Positions 9,039-19,449 of a stretch of 64,000 nucleotides of DNA are shown one piece after another. Each line of letters opens with the position of its first letter. The stretch's first letter is position 1. The translations under genes were made by a program, and so were the position numbers. The notes below the pieces were generated by a model that was not told where the DNA came from, searched no databases, and worked only from the letters and a program-made list of their open reading frames with translations. The stretch spans positions 3,840,001 to 3,904,000 of the forward strand of contig CBDCNP010000002.1 of NCBI GenBank assembly GCA_965219415.1. The letters are read 5' to 3'. This DNA comes from Candidatus Marinacidobacterales bacterium. GTDB taxonomy: Bacteria > Acidobacteriota > Vicinamibacteria > Marinacidobacterales > DATDRI01.

Positions 9039-10523
9039 ATGGTTCTGGCTCACCTCAAGACCCTGTTTCGCCACTCCGCCATCTACGGAGCCGCCGACGT
9101 TTTCGGCACTCTAGTCAACTTCGTCCTCCTACCAATCCTCACCCGCCACCTCACCTCGACCGATTACGGCACGCTCGGCATTCTTCTGCTCTTCGGGGTC
9201 TCGACCAAGATTCTCTTCCGGATGGGGTTGGATTCGGCTTTCTTCCGCATCTATTACGAGCAGCAAAGTGACCGTGACCGGCGCGTCTTCACCACCACCA
9301 TCTTCACGACCGTCAGCCTGATCAGCCTCAGCCTGTTTGCATTGAGCGTCGCCCTCGCCGAGCCCATCAGCCGGCTCTTGTTGGGAAGCGACCAAGGCAA
9401 GCTGGTCGTACTCGTGGCGGCGGATACGCTCCTCATGGGTTTCGCCTTCGTTCCCATGAATCTCTTCCGCATCGAAGAACGGGCCGGTTACTTCGCGACG
9501 GCAACCGTTTTTCGAAACTCGCTCAATGCCGGCCTCAAGGTTTTTCTCGTTCTCCGCGGTTGGGGAGTGGAAGGAGTCTTGTGGTCGGACGTCCTCTCGT
9601 CAGCCCTCTTCGTAGTGGCACTCGTTCCAACCTTGCGGCGGAATCTCACTCTCGGTTACTCGACCGCCATGCTTCGCGAGGCCTTTGGCTTCGGACTACC
9701 CAAAGTGCCCCACGGGCTCGCCTACCAGGTACTCAACCTCGCCGATCGCAAGATTCTCGATTTCTTCTCCACCCGCGCCGAGGTCGGGCTCTACCACGTG
9801 GGCTACATGTTTGGGACCGGAATCAAGTTCCTGCTTTCCGCTTTCGAGCTGGCCTGGGGTCCTTTCGTCTACTCCCAATTGACTCAGAAGGACGCGCCCC
9901 GGACACTCGCCCGACTCGCCACCTACGTGGCCGTCGTGGTCGGCGGGTTCGGGTTGCTTCTCGCGGTGCTCGGCCGGGAGCTCCTCTACCTCATGACGGC
10001 TCCCGCCTTCCACGCCGCCTATTCGGTGATCCCGGTCATCGTCCTCGCCTATTCGATCCAAGGGCTCTTCACGCTCACTTCGATCGGGATCGGTATCAGC
10101 AAGAGAGCCTATTACTACCCAATCCTCACTTTCTCCGCGGCGTTCGTGAATATCAGCATGAATTTCTTGCTCGTTCCTCTATACGGGATGATAGGGGCCG
10201 CCTGGGCCACCGTCGGCGGTTACGCCATCATGGCTGGACTCGGCTACCTGTTTGCCAATCGCCACTACCCGATTCCCTTCGAGTGGAAGCGGATGGGCGT
10301 CGTCGGCTTGGCGGCAGTTTTCTCGTTTGCGGCTTCCCGTTTGGCTGGCGACCCCTCGCTGACTTCTTTCCTCATCAAGGTAGGGGCTTTGGCGATCTAT
10401 CCCACTGCTCTCTTCGCGTTCGGGTTCTTCCGGGAAGACGAGATCCGCAGACTCAAGCGTTTGATCGGCCGGACGCCCGACCAAGTTGAGCCAGCGCCGC
10501 CTCCATCACTCGATCCACGCTGA
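9039..10523 (+). CDS. Wzx-type polysaccharide flippase (MOP superfamily)
   Basis: 494 aa, polytopic; LLPILTRHL..DYG, ADR.IL...EVGLY motifs. Confidence 0.85.
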   Translation: MVLAHLKTLFRHSAIYGAADVFGTLVNFVLLPILTRHLTSTDYGTLGILLLFGVSTKILFRMGLDSAFFRIYYEQQSDRDRRVFTTTIFTTVSLISLSLFALSVALAEPISRLLLGSDQGKLVVLVAADTLLMGFAFVPMNLFRIEERAGYFATATVFRNSLNAGLKVFLVLRGWGVEGVLWSDVLSSALFVVALVPTLRRNLTLGYSTAMLREAFGFGLPKVPHGLAYQVLNLADRKILDFFSTRAEVGLYHVGYMFGTGIKFLLSAFELAWGPFVYSQLTQKDAPRTLARLATYVAVVVGGFGLLLAVLGRELLYLMTAPAFHAAYSVIPVIVLAYSIQGLFTLTSIGIGISKRAYYYPILTFSAAFVNISMNFLLVPLYGMIGAAWATVGGYAIMAGLGYLFANRHYPIPFEWKRMGVVGLAAVFSFAASRLAGDPSLTSFLIKVGALAIYPTALFAFGFFREDEIRRLKRLIGRTPDQVEPAPPPSLDPR

Positions 10524-11697
10524 TCCCCCCAATACACTCCGGCGCCTCCGGGCGAGAGCATTCGGTCGGGGGCTTTCGAATCATGTTGCAGGGCGAACAA
10601 TAGACCTCGTTGCGAATCACGGTGCGATAGTCACCGTGCTCGGGTCGATAGCGGCGAGGATCCGACGGTCCGAATATGGCGACTCCGCGACTGCCTACCG
10701 CGTCGGCCAAATGCATCGGCCCGGTGTCTCCGGTTATGAACAGATCCAGTTTCTCGATGAGCGCTGTAAAACCTCGCAAACCCACTTCCCCGATCAATCG
10801 ATGGGGCGCGGTCCGGCATTTGGTCGCCACTTGTTCGACTAGAGCGCGGTCTGCGGGAGCACCGGTCAGGATGACGCTTCCCGAGGTCGACTCGGTCAAT
10901 CCATCAACAAGTGCGGCAAACTTGTGCACCTCCCATTGCTTGATCGCGCGTCCCGCACTCGGGTGAATTCCGATGAGGGGACGACGGGCGGTATCCAGGC
11001 CGTGTCGGTGGAGCAACTCTTCGGCTTGCCGCCGGTCCACGGGCAACAAGAAGTTGTAGGGCTCGATCGGCTCGGTAGTGTTCGCTTCAGGAAACAAGAC
11101 CTTAAGAAGCTCCACGTTCTGCCGGTACCAGCTCTTCGCTTCGTCCCAGAGACCGAGATGGGTCAGGAGATAGCCACCTCCGGTATCTCCATAACCGGCG
11201 CGCATCGACGCACCGGTGAACGCCATCAACAAATTGACGCGGACATCGCCCTGAAAATCCACGGCTAGATCGGGGGCCTCGCCCTCCTTCATCGCTCGCG
11301 CCGCCTGTCGCCATTGAGCCTTCTGCCCCCAAGCCGCCCAAGGGGCGTCTACGATTCGGAGGCGATCCACGAAAGGTAGTCCGCTCGCTATCTCTTCGTT
11401 CCAGCTGCCGACTGCGAGCTCGATCTGAGCGTCCGGTGCCAACTGTCGGAGCTCCTGGAGAGCCGGCAAGGTCATCAACAAATCGCCGAGCCGATCCAGC
11501 CTCAAAGCAAGTATGTGGCGAGCGGAACCTAGGTCGGGAGACGTCCCTCGAGGAGGGGCCCAGCCGGCAAGGGGCGCGGCAAGGCGGAGCATGAGATCGA
11601 AACCCGCGAGCGCCCATCGCTCGCCGCGATCGTAGACGCGCGGGCCGCCGTACTTAAGTCGACGCGCCGCTAGATCGCGTGACGGACCGAAAGACAT
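10453..11697 (-). CDS. Glycosyltransferase family 9 (heptosyltransferase-like)
   Basis: RLDRLGDLLMTLP, IHPSAG..KQW, DTGPMHLA, FGPSDP motifs. Confidence 0.88.
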   Translation of the reverse strand: MSFGPSRDLAARRLKYGGPRVYDRGERWALAGFDLMLRLAAPLAGWAPPRGTSPDLGSARHILALRLDRLGDLLMTLPALQELRQLAPDAQIELAVGSWNEEIASGLPFVDRLRIVDAPWAAWGQKAQWRQAARAMKEGEAPDLAVDFQGDVRVNLLMAFTGASMRAGYGDTGGGYLLTHLGLWDEAKSWYRQNVELLKVLFPEANTTEPIEPYNFLLPVDRRQAEELLHRHGLDTARRPLIGIHPSAGRAIKQWEVHKFAALVDGLTESTSGSVILTGAPADRALVEQVATKCRTAPHRLIGEVGLRGFTALIEKLDLFITGDTGPMHLADAVGSRGVAIFGPSDPRRYRPEHGDYRTVIRNEVYCSPCNMIRKPPTECSRPEAPECIGGISVDRVMEAALAQLGRASGRSNA

Positions 11698-12889
11698 CTT
11701 CGAACTGTTCTCCCACCCGGCCCCAGTCGAATACGGACCGTGCCTTTTCTCTCGCCCTTGTTCCGAGCGCGTTTCGTCGCTCCGGCGAGCGCAGAAGCTC
11801 GAGAATTGAATCTGCTAAAGCCTTCGGGTCCCGCTCCGGAACAAGAAGCGCTTCTTTGCCTTGGCTCACCGCTTGGGGAATCCCTGCTACCGCACTCGCT
11901 ACGATCGGCGATCCGGAAGCCAGTGCTTCCAGCATGACGTTGGGAAGACCATCTACGTTGCCCGCATCGTCGTGCATCGAAGGGACCGCGGTGACCGTGG
12001 CCGCGCCGTAGTATGCGGGAAGCTCGTCTCGTAAAACGTTTCCCACCAACATTAAGTTTCCACTCACCCCCGCGTGAGCCGCGCGCTCGAATAATGTTTT
12101 CTCTAGATCACCACTTCCCGCGATGACGACTCTCATATCAGAATGTGCCGCCACGAGATCCGGCAAAGCCTCGACCAGCACTTCGAAGCCCTTCTTGTGC
12201 ACCAGCCTTCCCACCGCCAGCACCATGGGCTGGTCGGTGCCAAGACCGAGCTTTTTGCGCAGCTTGACCGACTCTTCGGAAGGGCCTCGGAATTGCTCGG
12301 TATCCACGCCGTACGGAATGGTCTGCGGGCGAGACGGCGCGCCCAAACGCTGACTCCTCTCCGCGAGGTCGTTGCTACAGGCGGTCGCCGCCGCGGCGCG
12401 GCGAAAAGTGAATCTTGCCGCCCGACGAAACAAAAACTTCTTCTCCGAGAGAAAGACGTCCGATCCATGGAGGCTTACCACGAGGGGCACACCGCCGAGC
12501 CATGCGGCCGGTAACGCCATCGCACCATTGGGAACGACCCAATGAGCGTGCACCAGATCATAGCCACCGTGTCGAACCTCGAGCATCATTCTTGTAGTGC
12601 CCGATGCGAGGGCTAAGGGTGAAACAAGGTACGTGGAGCGCCGCACCGTCACGTCCGCGTGCAGCGCCTCCGCGTAGCCGAATACCTGGAGGCTCCTGGT
12701 CGGCGCATATCGGTATGCCTCGAAGGACACTCCCGGCGCGGACGCGGGACCCAGATCCGCTCGGGCGGGCAGCACCACCGTCAGCTGGTGTCCCCTCGCC
12801 GCCAATGCGTGCGTAATCGACTGGATGAACGGAGCGGTCGTATCTCCTGGGTACTTGGGATACGAAGAGGTCAGGACGAGAATCTTCAC
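11654..12889 (-). CDS. Glycosyltransferase family 4
   Basis: HAHW, SLHGSD, VGRLVHKKG, DGLPNVMLEA motifs. Confidence 0.9.
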   Translation of the reverse strand: MKILVLTSSYPKYPGDTTAPFIQSITHALAARGHQLTVVLPARADLGPASAPGVSFEAYRYAPTRSLQVFGYAEALHADVTVRRSTYLVSPLALASGTTRMMLEVRHGGYDLVHAHWVVPNGAMALPAAWLGGVPLVVSLHGSDVFLSEKKFLFRRAARFTFRRAAAATACSNDLAERSQRLGAPSRPQTIPYGVDTEQFRGPSEESVKLRKKLGLGTDQPMVLAVGRLVHKKGFEVLVEALPDLVAAHSDMRVVIAGSGDLEKTLFERAAHAGVSGNLMLVGNVLRDELPAYYGAATVTAVPSMHDDAGNVDGLPNVMLEALASGSPIVASAVAGIPQAVSQGKEALLVPERDPKALADSILELLRSPERRNALGTRAREKARSVFDWGRVGEQFEDVFRSVTRSSGAST

Positions 12890-12913
12890 CGCAAGGTTTT
12901 GTGAGCGCCCGTA

Positions 12914-12922
12914 ATTATATCA
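12914..12922 (-). promoter_or_regulatory. Extended -10 promoter element (TGaTATAAT) for the GT4-GT9 genes
   Basis: Reverse complement of ATTATATCA is a perfect TGnTATAAT, ~25 nt upstream of the GT4 start. Confidence 0.5.
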
Positions 12923-12928
12923 TTTTCC

Positions 12929-12972
12929 GACGACTGGCTCGTTTGATAACAGCAACGCGACAGTTCGGCGTC
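12929..12972 (-). repeat. Copy of dispersed ~44-bp intergenic element
   Basis: rc = GACGCC GAACTG TCGCGTTGCTGTTATCAAAC GAGCCA GTCGTC; core closely matches the copy at 52596. Confidence 0.6.
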
Positions 12973-13073
12973 CAACAACGAACTCGCGAGGGATTTGCCG
13001 TCCCTCGGTTGGTTAGCCCTAGGCCGCGTGCTATGATCTGGGTCGGAGTTTTCGCGGGAGAGTGCGCTAAAAG

Positions 13074-15596
13074 ATGGAAGCTATGAACAACGTCTTGTTC
13101 CGGCACTGCACCGAACGGGTGATCGAGGCGATCAATATCGGCTCCATGGAGCTCGTCAACCTCAAGCAGAACGAGCTCTCTCCCGAGTTCGTTCTCATAG
13201 GGCTGCTGGAACAAGACGACTCGGAGGTGTTACGTCTGTTCAAGGATCTCGGACGCGATCCCGCCGAGACCAAGAAATCCATCCTCGATCTCGTTTACGC
13301 CGCGCAGCGGCACAAGGCCAAGCTCCACCGTGATGGGCCGGTGCAAATCTTGGTGTCCTCGCAGGCCGCGGAGCTGCTGCGCATGGCCAAAGAAGAGGCC
13401 GACAACCTCGGAGATCGATTCATCGGTGCCGGCGCGATGTTTTTGGCGCTTCATCGAGAGCCCGCTGGCCTTTCGGCTCGGATCCTCCGCGAAATGGGGT
13501 TCCGTGCCGACCGCACCAAGGAAGCGGTGCAGCGCATGCGGGGAGGCCGCACCGTTGACGACCGCCGGGCTGCCGACAGCAAGTTCGAGACCCTGCAAAA
13601 ATACACTTCCGATCTCACGGAGCTGGCCCGCAAGGGCGAGCTCGATCCGGTGGTAGGCCGCGAAGAAGAGATCCGGCGTGTCATTCAGATCCTCTCCCGA
13701 CGAAAGAAGAACAACCCCGTGCTCATCGGAGAGCCGGGGGTCGGAAAGACCGTCATTGTGGAAGGACTGGCGCAGCGGATCGTCGACTCCGAGGTCCCTG
13801 AGACGCTTCTCAACAAGCGCGTCCTCATGTTGGAGATGAGTGAGGTCGTCGCCGGTTCCAAGTTCCGCGGCGAGTTCGAGGAGCGCCTCAAGACCATCAA
13901 AGACGAAGTGCTCTCCGCCGACGGACAGATCATCTTGTTCATCGACGAGCTCCATACGGTAGTGGGGGCGGGCAACGTCGAAGGAGGCCTGGACGCTTCG
14001 AACATGCTGAAGAGCGCCTTGGCGCGTGGCCAGCTCCGCTGCATCGGGGCGACCACCCTCGAAGATTACAAGAAGCATATCGAGAAAGACAAGGCCCTCG
14101 AGCGACGCTTCCAGAGCGTTCTGATCTCCGAGCCCGGCGTCGAAGAAACGCATCTGATCTTGAAGGGATTGCAGAGACGCTACGAGCTCCACCACGATGT
14201 GAAATTCACCGATGAGTCCTTGATGGCCGCCGCCAAGCTCTCTGAGCGATACATCACCGACCGGTTCCTGCCGGACAAAGCGCTCGACCTCATGGACGAG
14301 GCCGGCTCACGAAAGCACTTGGAGCTCGTCTACGCGCCCCCAGAGGTCCGCGCCCTCAAGCGCGACCGCGAAAAACTCGGCGCCGACCAGCGCGATGCAT
14401 ATAATCAGCGGGACTACGAGCGCGCCGCCTTGGCACGACACAGCATCATCCGAATCGACAAAGAGCTGAAAGAAAAGGTTTCGGCGTGGCGCGACGCACG
14501 AAGTCCTCAGGATTCGACTGTGACGAGTGAGGATATCGCTGGCGTGGTTGCCGGCTGGACGGGAATTCCGCTAACGCGCATGTTGGAGTCGGAGGCGGAA
14601 AAGCTTACGCGGATGGAGGACAACATCCACCGGCGCATCATTGGGCAAGAAAACGCCGTGGCAGCCGTCTCGAACGCCATTCGAAGAAACCGTGCCGGTC
14701 TCAAGGGCAATTCGCGCCCCATCGGATCATTCATCTTCCTCGGGCCCACCGGTGTCGGCAAGACGGAACTCGCCAAGGCGCTTGCCGAGTTCTTGCTCGA
14801 CGACGAGGAGCGACTCATTCGCATGGACATGAGCGAGTACATGGAGCGACACTCGGTCTCCAAGCTCATCGGTTCCCCCCCCGGCTACGTCGGTTACGGT
14901 GAAGGAGGGCAGCTAACCGAGAGAGTACGCCGCAATCCTTACACCGTCTTGCTACTGGACGAGATCGAAAAGGCCCACCCCGACGTTTTCAACCTTCTCC
15001 TTCAGATACTGGACGACGGGCGACTGACAGACGCGCAGGGCCGGACCGTCAGCTTCGTCAATACCATCATCATCGGGACCTCTAATATCGGTAGCGAGGA
15101 CATCACCCGCGAGTACACGAGCATTGGTTTCTCGAGCCCGGTACCCTCCGTCAAGTACGAGGAGATCAAGAGGCGGGTGATGCGCGAGGTCAAAAAGGTC
15201 TTCAAACCAGAGCTGTTGAACCGCATCGATGACCTCATCGTTTTCCACCAGCTCGATGAGCAGCACATCCGCCAGATCGTGGAGCTGGTACTGGTCGACT
15301 TGGAGAATCGTCTCGCCGAACAGGGTCTTCTCATACAAGTTGCTCTGGCGGTCAAGGAGAAGCTGGCCGCTGACGGTTTCGACCCGCTCTTCGGCGCACG
15401 TCCCCTGAAACGCGGAGTTGAGACGCAGGTTGAAAACATCCTGGCGCAGAAGCTCATCGCCGGCGAGTTCTTCAAAGGCGATACCGTACGGGTAGACCTG
15501 GTGAACGGAGAGATCGTTTTTCAGCGGGGTGCGACCGAGCTGGCCCCCCAATCGGTGAACGCAGTCCCCGGTCCCGACGGGGCGCAGTCCGACTAA
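13074..15596 (+). CDS. clpC: ATP-dependent Clp protease ATP-binding subunit, ClpC type
   Basis: Clp N domain, GEPGVGKT and GPTGVGKT Walker A motifs, short M domain, GYVG pore loop, IGF ClpP-docking loop. Confidence 0.9.
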   Translation: MEAMNNVLFRHCTERVIEAINIGSMELVNLKQNELSPEFVLIGLLEQDDSEVLRLFKDLGRDPAETKKSILDLVYAAQRHKAKLHRDGPVQILVSSQAAELLRMAKEEADNLGDRFIGAGAMFLALHREPAGLSARILREMGFRADRTKEAVQRMRGGRTVDDRRAADSKFETLQKYTSDLTELARKGELDPVVGREEEIRRVIQILSRRKKNNPVLIGEPGVGKTVIVEGLAQRIVDSEVPETLLNKRVLMLEMSEVVAGSKFRGEFEERLKTIKDEVLSADGQIILFIDELHTVVGAGNVEGGLDASNMLKSALARGQLRCIGATTLEDYKKHIEKDKALERRFQSVLISEPGVEETHLILKGLQRRYELHHDVKFTDESLMAAAKLSERYITDRFLPDKALDLMDEAGSRKHLELVYAPPEVRALKRDREKLGADQRDAYNQRDYERAALARHSIIRIDKELKEKVSAWRDARSPQDSTVTSEDIAGVVAGWTGIPLTRMLESEAEKLTRMEDNIHRRIIGQENAVAAVSNAIRRNRAGLKGNSRPIGSFIFLGPTGVGKTELAKALAEFLLDDEERLIRMDMSEYMERHSVSKLIGSPPGYVGYGEGGQLTERVRRNPYTVLLLDEIEKAHPDVFNLLLQILDDGRLTDAQGRTVSFVNTIIIGTSNIGSEDITREYTSIGFSSPVPSVKYEEIKRRVMREVKKVFKPELLNRIDDLIVFHQLDEQHIRQIVELVLVDLENRLAEQGLLIQVALAVKEKLAADGFDPLFGARPLKRGVETQVENILAQKLIAGEFFKGDTVRVDLVNGEIVFQRGATELAPQSVNAVPGPDGAQSD

Positions 15597-15631
15597 AGCG
15601 AGGGTCCAGGCGCCCTCCCCTCAACTCTTCG

Positions 15632-17200
15632 ATGTTGTCGTCATCGAAAACCGTTTCCTACGTCGCGCTTCTCTCACTGGTGGGGCTCCTCGCTAGCTCC
15701 TGCGAATCCCCTCCTGCCATCGTGGCGCCCGCTCCTCCGAATCTACTCCTCATCAGCATCGAGACATTCCGCGCCGACCGACTGCGCGCCAACGGATATC
15801 GTCGGAGGACAACTCCCAACTTAGATCGCCTTGCGAGAGAGGGCGCGAACTTCCGGCAGGCGATCGCCCAAGCGCCGTTCACGCTACCGTCGCTCGCCAC
15901 GATGATGACCGGGCTCACTCCTCCCCTTCACGGGGTTCGCAATCACCCGGCCACCTTGTCCCCCGAGTTGACGACCCTCGCCGAGCACTTGGAGCAATCC
16001 GGGTACAGGACCGCGGCGATGACGCGACACAGTTGGCTCAGAAGAAAATCGGGTTTCGACCAAGGCTTTGCCGAGTACCACAACAACAAGTTTTCGGCTG
16101 GCCTCGATGCGAGGAGCTTGTCACTCGCCGCGGAGGACTGGCTCCGCGCGCAAGGGGGCGAACCGTTCTTTCTTTGGCTTCACTTCATCGATCCCCACTT
16201 GCCGTATACGCCGGGTTACCCATACTCGACGCTGTGGAATGGCGATCACCGCGACGACTCTCAGGTCAAGCACTTGCGCTCGATGATGCGACGAGAGCTC
16301 GAGACTTTTCTTCCGACGCCTTATGCCGATCTCTCTGGTGGCCCCTACCTCGACTTGGTATTGCGTTACTACCCGGACAACGAAGCGCTGTTGGATCTGG
16401 TCTTGCGGCGCCGACCCCGCGGGGAGATCTTCTTCGGCAAAGTTCAGTACTCGGAACAATCGCTGCAAGAGGTTCGCAACCTCTACGACGGCACTGTCCT
16501 TTATACCGACGACAATCTGGCGCGCGTTCTGGCGGCGCTCGGCGATTTGGGGCTCGAAGACAACACCCTCGTCGCCGTCGTTGGGGACCACGGCGAATCG
16601 CTCGGCGAGCACGATCTCTTCTTCACACATGACTTCTCTCTATACGACGAGGTTCTTCGCGTCCCGCTGATCCTTCGCATGCCAGGACGGATCCCTCCGG
16701 GGACTGTAGTCGATCAACAGGTTCGCCTAGCGGATCTGGCCCCCACGTTTCTCGATTTATTGGGGGCCGACGCCATGGAGAGAGCGGAGGGAGTCAGCCT
16801 AGCCCCCCTGATGGCGGGAGAATCGCTCCCGTTCCTCCCGGCTTTCGCGGAAAGTGCTCCTTATCGCAGGCTCTTTCCCGAGCAGAGTCGGATCTACTAC
16901 GAGGGCAACCTCGGAAAGTGGAGAATGGTTCGTACGGAAAAGTGGAAGCTCATTCTCATCCCCAATCCCACAGGGGACATTTATGAGCTCTATGATCTGG
17001 AGTCGGACCCTGCCGAAACGACGAATCTATACGAAAAGCTACCGGGTGAAGCGGGAAAGCTGTTGCCGTTGCTAGAAGGCTGGTTGGCCGGCGATCCCGA
17101 TCGCAACTCCGATCGCAGTGCGGAAGAAGAACGGGCGCTCGAGGCGCTCGATCCGGCGGCTAGGCAACAGCTGGAAACGCTCGGCTATATTGGTAATTAG
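15632..17200 (+). CDS. Exported sulfatase-like protein (alkaline phosphatase superfamily), possible lipoprotein
   Basis: Signal peptide ending ASSC; SIETFRADRL, TPNLDRLA, DPHLPY, GDHGE, ELYDLESDP motifs. Confidence 0.8.
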   Translation: MLSSSKTVSYVALLSLVGLLASSCESPPAIVAPAPPNLLLISIETFRADRLRANGYRRRTTPNLDRLAREGANFRQAIAQAPFTLPSLATMMTGLTPPLHGVRNHPATLSPELTTLAEHLEQSGYRTAAMTRHSWLRRKSGFDQGFAEYHNNKFSAGLDARSLSLAAEDWLRAQGGEPFFLWLHFIDPHLPYTPGYPYSTLWNGDHRDDSQVKHLRSMMRRELETFLPTPYADLSGGPYLDLVLRYYPDNEALLDLVLRRRPRGEIFFGKVQYSEQSLQEVRNLYDGTVLYTDDNLARVLAALGDLGLEDNTLVAVVGDHGESLGEHDLFFTHDFSLYDEVLRVPLILRMPGRIPPGTVVDQQVRLADLAPTFLDLLGADAMERAEGVSLAPLMAGESLPFLPAFAESAPYRRLFPEQSRIYYEGNLGKWRMVRTEKWKLILIPNPTGDIYELYDLESDPAETTNLYEKLPGEAGKLLPLLEGWLAGDPDRNSDRSAEEERALEALDPAARQQLETLGYIGN

Positions 17201-18288
17201 CAATCACCGAAGGAGGTCCCCAGGTCCCGCGCGGCGCGGATGATATCCGACCTCTTCGGCACGCGCTTCAATCGTCCCACCGCTTTCTCAAGAGGAACGG
17301 AAGTAATCGCCGGAGGAGCCAGTGCCACCATACGCCCCCATCCTCTATCCCGAGCGAGGCGTACTGCCGCGGAGCCGAAGCGCGTACCCAGCAGGCGATC
17401 GAAGTTCGTCGGCTGGCCACCACGCTGAAGGTGCCCCAACACGAGCGACCGGCATTCCTGCCCGGTGACCACTTCGATTTGCTCGGCAACCTGCTCGCCG
17501 ATGCCACCTAGCCGTCCCTCGTAGCCCTTCCCGACGTTTTCTCGGAAAAGCTTCATTCCCCCGACCGGTGTGGCACCCTCCGCGACGACGACGATACTGA
17601 AATTTCGCCCCCGTCGATTTCGGTTGCGGATCTTTTCCACCACCGCAGCCATGTCGAATGGAATCTCCGGGATCAGAATCACATCCGCACCACCCGCAAC
17701 CCCCGAGTGCAGAGCGATCCATCCCGTGTTGCGGCCCATGACTTCCAATACCATCACACGCCGGTGACTGGAAGCCGTCGTGTGAAGACGATCGAGAGCC
17801 TCCGTGGCAACGCTCACCGCGGTGTCGAAGCCGAAAGTAATGACCGTTCCCGAGAGGTCATTGTCGATCGTCTTCGGGACACCCACAACGGGCAAGCCCT
17901 TGCGGAATAATCCCAGAGCAATGGACAGCGTTCCATCGCCGCCGACCACGACGAGTCCCTCGAGCCCCAGGGTCCGAAAGTTCTTGACCACCTCATCAGA
18001 TCGATCTCGGTACTCGACACCGGAGGGTGTCTCTACCGGAAACTTGAAGGGATGCCCTCGGTTGCTGGTACCTAGTATGGTGCCGCCGGTGTGAAGAATG
18101 CCTCGGACGTCTTTGGGCTTGAACAGTCTCGTCTTCTTCGTCTGGAGCAAACCGCCGAAGCTTTCTTCGATTCCCAGTACTTGCCAACCGATGTTGTGGG
18201 CGGTACGGAAAACCGCGCGGATCACTGCATTCAATCCCGGGCAGTCTCCGCCGCCGGTCAAAATGCCGATTCGTTTGGTTTTTCCCAT
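17197..18288 (-). CDS. pfkA: 6-phosphofructokinase (group III type)
   Basis: TGGGDCPGLN, GGTILG, GGDG, PKTIDND, EVMGR, LGHLQRGG motifs. Confidence 0.93.
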   Translation of the reverse strand: MGKTKRIGILTGGGDCPGLNAVIRAVFRTAHNIGWQVLGIEESFGGLLQTKKTRLFKPKDVRGILHTGGTILGTSNRGHPFKFPVETPSGVEYRDRSDEVVKNFRTLGLEGLVVVGGDGTLSIALGLFRKGLPVVGVPKTIDNDLSGTVITFGFDTAVSVATEALDRLHTTASSHRRVMVLEVMGRNTGWIALHSGVAGGADVILIPEIPFDMAAVVEKIRNRNRRGRNFSIVVVAEGATPVGGMKLFRENVGKGYEGRLGGIGEQVAEQIEVVTGQECRSLVLGHLQRGGQPTNFDRLLGTRFGSAAVRLARDRGWGRMVALAPPAITSVPLEKAVGRLKRVPKRSDIIRAARDLGTSFGDC

Positions 18289-18306
18289 TCGATGGCTGGA
18301 CGCGAT

Positions 18307-19449
18307 CTAGCGGTAAAAAGAAACAATGGCGCGCACGACACGCTCGACCTGGGCCTCGTCAAGCTCCGGATAGAGCGGCAGGGAAACGATCTCCTGTGCG
18401 GCGCGCTCCGCTTCCGGACAGGCCCCCTCACCTTGCCCCAAGCCTCGATACGCCGGTTGAAGGTGCGCCGGGACCGGGTAGTGGATGAGGGTCTTTACTC
18501 CGGCTTCCGACAAGGCTTCCCGTAAGCGATCCCGCTCCGGGGCGCGTGCGACCAAGAGGTGAGTCGCCGTTTCGGTGTCGGGGAGAGCCTCTACCCAAGC
18601 GAGGGGCGTCTCGGCGAGGGCTTCGCGATATTGAGCGGCAAGATTCCGCCGGCGCTCGTTCCAGCCCGAAAGGTGTGGGAGCTTTGCGCGCAACACCGCG
18701 GCCTGAAGCTCATCCAATCGACTGTTGAACCCGACTTCTTCATGCACATAGCGGTTCGATTGTCCCCCGTTCCGGAGTCGACGGATCCGCAATGCCAGTT
18801 CCTGGTCGTCGGTGGTGACGAGACCCCCGTCTCCGAGAGCGCCAAGATTCTTGGTGGGATAGAAACTGAAACAGCCCGCACGCCCCCAACCTCCCACCGG
18901 CCGTCCACCGAACGTCGCGCCATGCGCCTGGCAAGCATCTTCGACGACGGGAATGCCTTTCTTATCGGCCAACTCTAAGAGCGCGGGCATCTCGCTGGGA
19001 CTCCCGTAAAGGTGAACGGGTAGCAAAGCTTTGGTACGCGTGCTCATTTTTTCGAAAACCGAGCGTGGCGAGAGGTTCAAGGTCACCGGGTCCACATCCG
19101 CGAAGACCGGCCGGGCGCCAGTGCGGCTGATCGCCAACGCGGTAAAGGTCGCGGTCATGGGGCTCGTGATGACGTCATCCCCGGGCCCCACCCCGAGTGA
19201 TAGAAGCGCTAGCGTCATCGCGTCGGTTCCGGAGGCCACTCCGACCGCGTGTGCGGTCCCCGACATCGACGCGAACTCCCGTTCGAAGGCTTCCACTTCC
19301 GGACCCAAGACGAACCAGCCGCTTTCTATCACGCGGGTCAAAGCATCTCGGATCTCCACGGCGAGCGCCGCGTGTTGGGCGGTCAGGTCGACAAAAGGAA
19401 TGGGGGGGATGGGTTGTTCGGCGTTGTTTTGGGAAGGCACCTTAGCCAA
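18307..19449 (-). CDS. DegT/DnrJ/EryC1/StrS sugar aminotransferase
   Basis: SGTDA, PVHLYG, EDACQAHG, SFYPTKNLGALGDGG (PLP Lys), NSRLDELQAA. Confidence 0.93.
   Translation of the reverse strand: MAKVPSQNNAEQPIPPIPFVDLTAQHAALAVEIRDALTRVIESGWFVLGPEVEAFEREFASMSGTAHAVGVASGTDAMTLALLSLGVGPGDDVITSPMTATFTALAISRTGARPVFADVDPVTLNLSPRSVFEKMSTRTKALLPVHLYGSPSEMPALLELADKKGIPVVEDACQAHGATFGGRPVGGWGRAGCFSFYPTKNLGALGDGGLVTTDDQELALRIRRLRNGGQSNRYVHEEVGFNSRLDELQAAVLRAKLPHLSGWNERRRNLAAQYREALAETPLAWVEALPDTETATHLLVARAPERDRLREALSEAGVKTLIHYPVPAHLQPAYRGLGQGEGACPEAERAAQEIVSLPLYPELDEAQVERVVRAIVSFYR

Noticed and set aside
10453-10523. 71-bp convergent overlap of wzx and GT9 (also 56 bp for rsmG/LAGLIDADG)
   Set aside because: Involves only low-complexity C-terminal tails; common in GC-rich genomes
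9560-14195. Long alternative-frame or antisense ORFs (9560-10489, 13230-14195; similar ones over gyrB, dnaA and glmS)
   Set aside because: They overlap well-supported genes, have no motifs, and are expected in GC-rich DNA
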